Positions 1 to 7,745 of a stretch of DNA of 34,942 nt are shown here, in pieces. The position numbers and the translations under genes are program-made. The notes beneath the pieces were generated by a model. It saw nothing but the letters and a program-made list of their open reading frames with translations, had not been told where the DNA came from and made no database searches. How positions within the stretch are numbered: the stretch's first letter is position 1; each line of letters opens with the position of its first letter. This DNA is from Candidatus Delongbacteria bacterium (lineage in GTDB: Bacteria; UBA4055), in contig JAFGVM010000081.1 of assembly GCA_016937995.1 (NCBI GenBank), positions 1 through 34,942 of the forward strand, written 5' to 3'.

Positions 1-86
1 AACTCTAAAAATAAAAATATGAACTTATATAATCAAATCTTAATGAGTTACAACGATTTTAGCACCCACTTTTTGACCATTAACCC
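1..86. mobile_element. Possible insertion-sequence terminus (family unknown)
   Basis: Minus strand reads GGGTTAATGGTCAAAAAGTGGGTGCTAAAATCGTTGTAACTCATTAAGATTTGATT, with an IHF-like AATCAAATCTTAA at 31-43. It supplies the last codons of the ankyrin ORF. No transposase or second end in the window, so this is inference only. Confidence 0.3.
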
Positions 87-356
87 TAATTTGTCGGTTT
101 CACTGTCAAAAACCTTTTTAAGTTGTTCATAAAGATACAGCTCGATCTCTTTAAACTGATTCTTTCTCGCGATCTCAAGAGGAGATAATCCGTTTTTATC
201 TTTAGTAATAACAGACACACCGCTTTCAACAAGTGATATGACCTTGCTTAAATTACCATCTTCAATTGCTTTAAAAAGCTTATCTTCATTTGATGAGCAG
301 GAAAATAAAGATAAAATTACAGATATTATAATGATGATCCTAAAGATTTTATACAT
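48..356 (-). CDS. Small ankyrin-repeat lipoprotein, possibly 3'-truncated
   Basis: Hydrophobic signal with lipobox LFSC; ankyrin-like LFKAIEDGNLSKVISLVESGVSVITKDKNGLSPLEIA; SD AGGAG upstream. Confidence 0.7.
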   Translation of the reverse strand: MYKIFRIIIIISVILSLFSCSSNEDKLFKAIEDGNLSKVISLVESGVSVITKDKNGLSPLEIARKNQFKEIELYLYEQLKKVFDSETDKLGLMVKKWVLKSL

Positions 357-374
357 GATCTCTCCTATAAACGA

Positions 375-1598
375 TTAGATTACTTTCACCAGAAGAAAAG
401 TCTTCTTGCCTTTTTTCATCATGAACTCACCATTTGTGAGATCGTTTTTATCAAAAACAGAATTAATATCATTTACTTTCTTATCATTGATACTCAAACC
501 GCCCTGCTTGATCATTCTTCGTGCTTCACCCTTTGATTCGAAAAGATTTGCTTCGACTGTAATATCTACAATAAGTTTGTCAATTACTTTATTTTTGTCC
601 ATTTCGATGCTTGGGGCACCATCGCTTCCACCATTTAAAAATATGTTTTTTGCTGCTTCTCTTGCGGAATCAGCATTTTCGACACCGTGAAGTATTTTTG
701 TTGCTTCGTAAGCTAGTAATTCTTTGACCTGATTCAGATCTTCACCTTTATAAGTTTCAAACTTATTAATTTCATCAAGGGGTATGTAAGTAAATATTTT
801 TATGAATTTTATTACATCCTCATCTGTTGAATTTCTCCAGAATTGATAATATTCATATGGTGTAGTCCATTCGGGATCAAGCCATATTGCTCCGCCTTCA
901 GTTTTCCCCATTTTTTTTCCATCAGATTTTGTTAAAAGTGGAAAAGTCATTCCCATTCCCTCTCTTGCATCAATCCTACGTATCAATTCAATTCCAGCGA
1001 TAATGTTTGACCATTGATCATCTCCACCAATTTGTAATTCACATTCGTATTTTCGTGATAATACATAAAAGTCATAAGCCTGCATTATCATATAATTGAA
1101 TTCCAAAAATGATAACCCCTTCTCCATTCTCATCTTAAAACATTCAGCTGCCAACATTCTGTTCACTGTGAAATGTGGTCCGACAGTTCTAATAAAATGT
1201 ATATAATTTTCATTCCCTAACCAGTCGTAATTATTCACTAGAAGTGCTTTTTCTTCTTTAAAGTCTATAAAATGAGATAACTGTTTTTTTATTCCTCGAA
1301 GATTTTCTTGAATTTTTTCATCAGTTAGCATTTCTCTCATACTGTCTTTACCACTCGGATCCCCAACCAGAGCAGTAGCTCCTCCAACAACACAAATAGG
1401 TCGGTGCCCTGCTCTTTGCATATGCGAAAGTAGCATAATAGGCATAAGATGACCTACGTGCAATGATTCTTTAGTCGGGTCAAAGCCTACGTACATGCTT
1501 ATTTTTTTATTATTCAGGATGTTTTCAATTCTTTCTTCAGGGACAGTGATCTGTTTAATAAAACCACGTTGTTTAAGCTCTGTAAATAAATTCGACAT
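375..1598 (-). CDS. tyrS: Tyrosine--tRNA ligase
   Basis: YVGFDPT..SLHVGH (HIGH), QIGGDDQWSNI, KKMGKT (KMSKS), C-terminal S4 domain (SKGEARRMIKQGG). Confidence 0.98.
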   Translation of the reverse strand: MSNLFTELKQRGFIKQITVPEERIENILNNKKISMYVGFDPTKESLHVGHLMPIMLLSHMQRAGHRPICVVGGATALVGDPSGKDSMREMLTDEKIQENLRGIKKQLSHFIDFKEEKALLVNNYDWLGNENYIHFIRTVGPHFTVNRMLAAECFKMRMEKGLSFLEFNYMIMQAYDFYVLSRKYECELQIGGDDQWSNIIAGIELIRRIDAREGMGMTFPLLTKSDGKKMGKTEGGAIWLDPEWTTPYEYYQFWRNSTDEDVIKFIKIFTYIPLDEINKFETYKGEDLNQVKELLAYEATKILHGVENADSAREAAKNIFLNGGSDGAPSIEMDKNKVIDKLIVDITVEANLFESKGEARRMIKQGGLSINDKKVNDINSVFDKNDLTNGEFMMKKGKKTFLLVKVI

Positions 1599-1648
1599 TT
1601 CTTTTCCTACTTTTCTGTTTGTTAATAGTTTGCAATAGACTCAGTATA

Positions 1649-1677
1649 AATATATTTACCCATGAATGATTTAACAA
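1649..1677 (-). promoter_or_regulatory. Putative sigma70 promoter of tyrS
   Basis: Minus strand TTGTTA-N17-TATATT. Confidence 0.55.
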
Positions 1678-1696
1678 GCAAAATATATTTAGTTAA

Positions 1697-1725
1697 TTGA
1701 TTATTCTAACATACATGATTATATT
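1697..1725 (+). promoter_or_regulatory. Putative sigma70 promoter of glnS
   Basis: TTGATT(1697-1702)-N17-TATATT(1720-1725). Confidence 0.55.
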
Positions 1726-1760
1726 GTGGGTCTTAAATATAACATTTACAGGTAAGTTCC

Positions 1761-3407
1761 ATGAAAGAAGAAATTACAAGATCGAATTTTATTAAGACGT
1801 TTATTGATGAAGACCTCGAAAGCGGTAGATTTTCTAAAGTTCACACCAGATTTCCTCCTGAACCGAGCGGATATTTGCACATTGGACATGCAAAAGCAAT
1901 TGTGATCAGTTATGGAATTGCAGAGGAGTATAACGGCTTATATAACCTGAGGTTCGATGATACAAATCCTCTAAAAGAAGATAAAGAATATGAGCTTGGT
2001 ATTATCAGAGATATAAAGTGGCTTGGTTTTGACTGGGGGGACAGATTATTTTACGCTTCAGATTATTTTCCTATCCTGTATGATTTTGCAGTTGAACTTA
2101 TAAAAAAAGGCAAAGCATATGTTTGCGATCTAAGTCCTGAAGAAATGAAAATTTATAGAGGAACTCTTACTGAACCGGGTAAGGACAGTCCATACAGAAA
2201 TCGAACTGTCAGTGAAAATATGGATCTGTTCGAGAGAATGAAAAATGGAGAATTTTCTGAAGGATCAAAAGTACTCAGAGCCAAGATTGATATGGCCAGT
2301 CCAAATATGAATATGAGAGATCCTGTGATGTACAGAATTCTTTTTAAAGAACATCATAGATGTGGTAAACAATGGTGTATCTACCCGTCATACGATTTTA
2401 CTCACGGACAGTCAGATTCGATAGAAGGTATCACTCATTCATTATGTGACCTGTCTTTTGAAAATCACAGACCGTTATACGACTGGTTCATAGAAGAATT
2501 AGGAATATTTCATTCAAGGCAGATCGAATTTTCCAGACTGAATCTTTCACATACTGTTACTAGTAAGAGAAAATTGAAGGAATTAGTTGAAAATGATATA
2601 GTTAAAGGTTGGGATGACCCAAGATTGCCGACTTTGATCGGACTTAGAAGAAGGGGTGTGCCTCCAGAAGCTATAAAAGAATTTGTCGGAGCGATCGGCA
2701 CCAGTAAAAAAGAGGGTGTTATAGATGTTGAAACATTTGATTATTATATCAGAGAGAATTTAAAACTTACGAGCTCTCATATAATGGCAGTTCTTGATCC
2801 GGTAAAATTAGTAATAAATAATTATCCTGAAGATAAATGTGAAATTTTAAATCTTGAAAATTTCCCGAATCTTAAAGATTCAGAAACACGTGAAGTAAAA
2901 TTTTCGAGAACATTGTATGTTGAAAGGGATGATGTAAAAGAAGAAAGTGATGAAAAGTTTTTTAGGCTTGCTCCGGGTAACTATGTTAAGTTGAGAAAAA
3001 CTTATATAGTTAAGTGTACAGCTGTTGAAAAGGATAATAGTGGTAGAATCGATACAGTTTATTGTGATTTAGTACCTGATTCTCAGAAGAGTATGAAAAT
3101 TGACAGTAAAAAAGTGAATGGTATAATTCACTGGGTATCTGCTAATGACTCAATTGATGCTGAAGTAAGAATTTATGACAAACTTTTTACTAAAGAGAAC
3201 CCTTTAGATGATAAGGGTGCGGATTTTAAGGAATTTATTAATAGTAATTCCCTGAGCGTATATAAAAATTGTAAGATCGAGAATAGTGTTGCAAAAGCAA
3301 AACAGGAAGATAGATTTCAGTTTGAAAGAGTGGGTTATTTTTGTGTTGATATGTTGGATTCCGTTGATGGAAAACTGGTATTCAATAAAACATTATCTTT
3401 ACGCTAA
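1761..3407 (+). CDS. glnS: Glutamine--tRNA ligase
   Basis: TRFPPEPSGYLHIGHAK, LRFDDTNP, LRAKIDMASPNMNMRDPV, SKRKL, GWDDPRLPT, IHWVS, FQFERVGYF; no C-terminal YqeY domain. Confidence 0.97.
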   Translation: MKEEITRSNFIKTFIDEDLESGRFSKVHTRFPPEPSGYLHIGHAKAIVISYGIAEEYNGLYNLRFDDTNPLKEDKEYELGIIRDIKWLGFDWGDRLFYASDYFPILYDFAVELIKKGKAYVCDLSPEEMKIYRGTLTEPGKDSPYRNRTVSENMDLFERMKNGEFSEGSKVLRAKIDMASPNMNMRDPVMYRILFKEHHRCGKQWCIYPSYDFTHGQSDSIEGITHSLCDLSFENHRPLYDWFIEELGIFHSRQIEFSRLNLSHTVTSKRKLKELVENDIVKGWDDPRLPTLIGLRRRGVPPEAIKEFVGAIGTSKKEGVIDVETFDYYIRENLKLTSSHIMAVLDPVKLVINNYPEDKCEILNLENFPNLKDSETREVKFSRTLYVERDDVKEESDEKFFRLAPGNYVKLRKTYIVKCTAVEKDNSGRIDTVYCDLVPDSQKSMKIDSKKVNGIIHWVSANDSIDAEVRIYDKLFTKENPLDDKGADFKEFINSNSLSVYKNCKIENSVAKAKQEDRFQFERVGYFCVDMLDSVDGKLVFNKTLSLR

Positions 3408-3429
3408 GTCATATTTTTTATTTTTCTAT

Positions 3430-3460
3430 AACGGAAATCTTCAGATTTCCGTTTTTTTTT
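3430..3460 (+). terminator. Intrinsic terminator after glnS
   Basis: AACGGAAATC-TTCA-GATTTCCGTT followed by a T run. Confidence 0.9.
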
Positions 3461-3484
3461 AATCTATTTTGCAATTTTTTTTGC

Positions 3485-3513
3485 TTGTCAAATATATATA
3501 TATATACTATATT
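3485..3513 (+). promoter_or_regulatory. Putative sigma70 promoter of the PPIase operon with an (AT)7 spacer
   Basis: TTGTCA(3485-3490)-N17-TATATT(3508-3513); the spacer contains ATATATATATATATA (3492-3506). Confidence 0.6.
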
Positions 3514-3563
3514 CATTGGAGTTTCTAAATTAGGTATAAATCAAAACATTCAGGAGTAACTTA

Positions 3564-5024
3564 ATGAGATTTATCAAAGCAACCGCAGTAATCATAGCAA
3601 TAATAACTTTAATAGCCTGCAAACAAAATTCAAACAACTCTAAATACGTAGTTACATCTTCTGTAGGTAATATCATTTTTTCCGACTTTCAGGATCAGAT
3701 GTTAAAGAAAGAATTTGAAGGTGATAAGCTTAAAGCTGCAAACAGTAAAATGGAGCAGAGAGAAAGATTTCTAAATTCAATGATAATGGATAATATCGTA
3801 AAGGATATGGCCGCAAAAAATGATCTTGACACTGTTAAAACCGTAAAGGATAAGTTCCATAATATTTTGTTTTACGATGCGATAGTTAATCACATGGTCG
3901 TTGATAGTGTTGAGAGTAAGATCTTCAGCCAAAAGGATGTTCTAGATACCTATGAAAAGAAAAAAACAGATTACTTCCCTAAACATATTCTTATAGCTGT
4001 AGATAAATCGCTGAACGATACACAGGCAAAAATGAAAATAGATTCCATTTACAATGAATTGGTGTCAGGTAAGGATTTCTCAGAACTCGCAAAAAAATAT
4101 TCATCAGATAAAAAAACAGGTGTTAACGGAGGAGAGTTGGGGTGGTTGCACTCTTATGACCTTCTTGAAGAATTTGAAAATGTATTGATAAAGCTTAAGA
4201 AAGGTGAGATATCAAAGCCTTTTAAAACAAAATATGGATATCATATCGCATTATTATCGGACATTAAAAATAATGAAGACCTGAAACCTTTTGAAGAAGA
4301 GAAGGGTGTTATAGAAAAGGAGTTGACGGCTAAATACGGAAAAGAATATTCAAATGAAAGCAGAAAATTTCTTGATAACATAATGGTAAGGTTAAATGTC
4401 AGAATAGACACTTTGGGTATTAAAACTCTCGTTAAGCAGTATAGAAAGAACGAACTGGAATTTAAAGATACCGACAAAGATCCTATTTCCAGATTCTCAA
4501 ATGAAGACAGAAAAAAGATCCTGGCAAGTTTCAATGATGTCAAGATTGATATTGATACTCTGCTGACAATGATGGGAACAATTCAGATCAATAAAAGACC
4601 ACCTCTAAAGAATCTAAACAACGTTATAGATATTCTGAAGAATATTCTAAAAATAAAAATGCTAGAGAATTATGCAGAAAATTTGGGTTATACAAAACGA
4701 CCGGAACTGATCGAAAAAGCTAAAGATGCAATGTTGCCTACATACAAAGATGTACTTATTAACAAGCTTGTAAAATCTAAAATTGAGATTTCTGAAAAGG
4801 AAATTGAGGAATTTTACAAGGAAAACATGGACAAATATAAAACACCTGAAGGATACGATCCGATCGATAAAGTAAAAGCAGGAATAAAAAATTCAATTAA
4901 AGGTAAAAAATTCAAAAAAGAGCTGAATAAATGGGAGGATGACCTTTTTAAGAATTATGATGTTAAAGTAAACAAGGTGCTATTGGAAGAAACCTTCTAC
5001 TACGTAAGTGATGACAAACAATAG
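3564..5024 (+). CDS. Parvulin-type peptidyl-prolyl isomerase lipoprotein (PrsA/PpiD/SurA-like)
   Basis: Lipobox LIAC; KHILI, DFSELAKKYSSD..GGELGW, GEISKPFKTKYGYHI; SD CAGGAG. Confidence 0.9.
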   Translation: MRFIKATAVIIAIITLIACKQNSNNSKYVVTSSVGNIIFSDFQDQMLKKEFEGDKLKAANSKMEQRERFLNSMIMDNIVKDMAAKNDLDTVKTVKDKFHNILFYDAIVNHMVVDSVESKIFSQKDVLDTYEKKKTDYFPKHILIAVDKSLNDTQAKMKIDSIYNELVSGKDFSELAKKYSSDKKTGVNGGELGWLHSYDLLEEFENVLIKLKKGEISKPFKTKYGYHIALLSDIKNNEDLKPFEEEKGVIEKELTAKYGKEYSNESRKFLDNIMVRLNVRIDTLGIKTLVKQYRKNELEFKDTDKDPISRFSNEDRKKILASFNDVKIDIDTLLTMMGTIQINKRPPLKNLNNVIDILKNILKIKMLENYAENLGYTKRPELIEKAKDAMLPTYKDVLINKLVKSKIEISEKEIEEFYKENMDKYKTPEGYDPIDKVKAGIKNSIKGKKFKKELNKWEDDLFKNYDVKVNKVLLEETFYYVSDDKQ

Positions 5025-5038
5025 GGATTACTGAAAAT

Positions 5039-6445
5039 ATGCGAAAATTTATACTTTTAATACTCATAATGTCAGTAGCAGGAAGTTATGCTGCTTTGGA
5101 TTCAAATCTGGTATTAACACCCGGTTATGAAAACAAAGTATTGGCTACGATCGATGGTAAAGAGATCAAAGAATTTGATGTTTTTGGTATTCCCAGCTTT
5201 TCAAAGATTAGAGAAAAGATCAGTTTGCAAACAAGAATTGCAAAGATCCAGGACCATATTCTGGATGTGATTTTTCAGAAAGAGGGTAATACTCCTGAAA
5301 TTACAAATTCAGTTGATTACGTCAAAACCTATAACATGATATCAAAAAAGATCTCAGTCGATCAATTCAGGGATGATCTGATTGATAAGAAATTTCTAGG
5401 AAAAAGACAGATCGAAGAATATTACGAACTTAATAAGGATAAATATCCTGAAGGAATGAAAGATATTGCGAAAATTAAAGAAGATCTACGAAATTCTAGG
5501 AAAAGAGAGATCGATTCATTCATTTCTCACACACTTGATTCATTGAAAATTGATAAGAAAGTTGAGTATAACGAAGAATTACTGAGAAAGATAGCAGAGA
5601 TAAGATTGTCAGAGCCTTCTGTATTCGCAGATTCTTTAAAATCTATTGGTTTAGGGAAAGTATTGGTAAGTTACAAGGATCAGAAAAAAACCATTACAGA
5701 CCTGTATGCAGTTGTAAGAAATTTTAAACCATACCACATGGATAATTTAAATAATATAAGAGTTTTAAAATCTTTGGTAGATGGTGAGATATTAAATGAA
5801 CTGTTGGCTGAAATAGCAAAATCAAAAGGGTATTTAGATGATAAAAGGGTAATCGAGAATTCAAAAGATAAAATGAAGTATTTTATTTCTTCTGAGTACA
5901 AAAAAAGATTATTCCAGGTTGATAATTTCAAACCTACAAAGGATGAGCTGATCGACTATTATATTGAGCACAAAGATGATCCTGAACTTAAAACCAGAAA
6001 AAAAATGTGGACTTTTGAAATATTTAAAGCTTACGACAATTCAGACAGTATTGACACCAATGATAAAATTAAAGTTGCTTTGGAACTTGAAAATATTCGA
6101 CAAAAGATACTCAATGGTGAAAGTTTTGAAAAATACGCAAAATTCTACGCAAGGCCAAGTACAAGAGATGGAGAGCTTGGTTACATATACAGGACTGACT
6201 ATGCTATGATAGGTGAAACCGCTGATAAACTTGAAGTTAATGAGATCTCTGAGTTGATAATTCAACAGAAAGCAATATCGATAGTAAAAGTGACAGAGAT
6301 AAAAAATCCACAATTGTATAAATTCGATTATGTGGAGGAGATAGTTAAGAATAGGGTGATTGACCAAAAGAGAGATAAGTTCAAGGACGAATTAAAGAGT
6401 AAACTTTTTAAAAAATACAATGTTGTGTTTTTAGGCGAGCAATAA
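5039..6445 (+). CDS. Secreted parvulin-family foldase with degenerate PPIase domain
   Basis: Signal peptide; VLATIDGKEI; GESFEKYAKFYA..DGELGYI; catalytic His motifs not evident. Confidence 0.8.
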   Translation: MRKFILLILIMSVAGSYAALDSNLVLTPGYENKVLATIDGKEIKEFDVFGIPSFSKIREKISLQTRIAKIQDHILDVIFQKEGNTPEITNSVDYVKTYNMISKKISVDQFRDDLIDKKFLGKRQIEEYYELNKDKYPEGMKDIAKIKEDLRNSRKREIDSFISHTLDSLKIDKKVEYNEELLRKIAEIRLSEPSVFADSLKSIGLGKVLVSYKDQKKTITDLYAVVRNFKPYHMDNLNNIRVLKSLVDGEILNELLAEIAKSKGYLDDKRVIENSKDKMKYFISSEYKKRLFQVDNFKPTKDELIDYYIEHKDDPELKTRKKMWTFEIFKAYDNSDSIDTNDKIKVALELENIRQKILNGESFEKYAKFYARPSTRDGELGYIYRTDYAMIGETADKLEVNEISELIIQQKAISIVKVTEIKNPQLYKFDYVEEIVKNRVIDQKRDKFKDELKSKLFKKYNVVFLGEQ

Positions 6446-6457
6446 ACCGGAGATAAA

Positions 6458-7720
6458 GTGAAAAGTGTTATATATATCCTGATAGCCATACTGTTTTATG
6501 CGAGCAGTACTCGATGCGAAATAATTGATAGAATATCTGCTGTGGTCGGAGATGAGATCATTTTGCAAAGTGAAGTCTATCAATTGGTAGAGCACCAGAA
6601 ATATATGCTGAGCGGGAATTATAACAAAGCGGAACTCAGGCAGATGGTACTTGACGAGCTAGTGTCTGCAAAAATATTATATGATGTCGCACTAAAAGAC
6701 ACCACCATAACTGTTGAAGATGAGGAAGTAGAACGGATATTGGATGACAGGATAAATTCTGTTCTTGAGAGAGTTGGTGGAGAAAAAAATCTTCAGGAAC
6801 AATACAATACTACTGTTAGCAAACTAAAAAAAGAATATAGAACTGAAATAAGAAAAACTCTGTTCGTCGACAAGCTTAAAAACAGAAAACTTCAAAAAAT
6901 CGATGTTTCAAGAAAGGAGATCGAGGATTTTTATAACAATTTTAAAGATTCTATTCCTGAAGTAAAATCAACGATATCACTCAGTCAACTGGTCATAAAC
7001 AGCAGTGATGAGTCATTAGCATTACAAAAAGTATTTCAAAAACTTAAAGCCATTAAAGAAGAAATAATTTCAGGTAAGATCACTTTTGAGGAAGCTGCAG
7101 AAAAATACTCACAGGATCCTGCTTCAGCCAAAAACGGTGGTGAACTGGGTATCACTTCAAGAGGTGATCTTGTTACAGAATATGAAATATCCGCTTACAA
7201 CCTGAATGAAGGAGATATTTCTGAACCGGTAAGAACAGCTTTCGGGTATCATCTGATCAGACTGAATAAAAAGATCGGCGAGAAGATAAATACATCTCAT
7301 ATACTCATAAAAGCCACACAAGATGAAGCAGATGATGATGCAGCTAAAAATAAAGCACTACTTGTTAAAGATTCCATAATGAACAAGTACATGACATTTG
7401 AGGAAGCTGTTAAAAAATATAGCTCAGATCCGGTGTCTAAAGCTAAAAATGGCAGGATAGGAATTCTTAAAACTGATGATCTTGATCCAAAATATCAGGA
7501 TATTTTCTCGGATTCGAAAATTGGATTTATAAGTGATCCGCTCAAGCAAAACGATGGGTATTATGTTTATAAGGTCATTGATAAACAATCTGCCCATAAA
7601 GTTGACTTAAAAACTGATTATAGTATGTTGAAAAATCTTGCTTCAGATCGTAAGAGACAGGAAGTTATGAAAAAATGGATTGAAGAGCTGAAAGAAAAAG
7701 TGTATATTGAAATCAAGTAA
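6458..7720 (+). CDS. surA: SurA-like periplasmic chaperone/PPIase
   Basis: GTG start; IIDRISAVVGDEIILQSEV (SurA N-domain); two parvulin domains (FEEAAEKYSQDPASAKNGGELG; SHILIK..FEEAVKKYSSDP). Confidence 0.88.
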   Translation: MKSVIYILIAILFYASSTRCEIIDRISAVVGDEIILQSEVYQLVEHQKYMLSGNYNKAELRQMVLDELVSAKILYDVALKDTTITVEDEEVERILDDRINSVLERVGGEKNLQEQYNTTVSKLKKEYRTEIRKTLFVDKLKNRKLQKIDVSRKEIEDFYNNFKDSIPEVKSTISLSQLVINSSDESLALQKVFQKLKAIKEEIISGKITFEEAAEKYSQDPASAKNGGELGITSRGDLVTEYEISAYNLNEGDISEPVRTAFGYHLIRLNKKIGEKINTSHILIKATQDEADDDAAKNKALLVKDSIMNKYMTFEEAVKKYSSDPVSKAKNGRIGILKTDDLDPKYQDIFSDSKIGFISDPLKQNDGYYVYKVIDKQSAHKVDLKTDYSMLKNLASDRKRQEVMKKWIEELKEKVYIEIK

Positions 7721-7745
7721 TGTGTAAATTACAAGGATAACGTTA

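Noticed and set aside
1599-1760. T-box leader for tyrS or glnS
   Set aside because: Only 162 nt, occupied by two divergent promoters; no T-box motif or terminator.
3564-7720. Three tandem PPIase genes as a novel system
   Set aside because: Tandem parvulin/SurA clusters are a known arrangement in FCB genomes.
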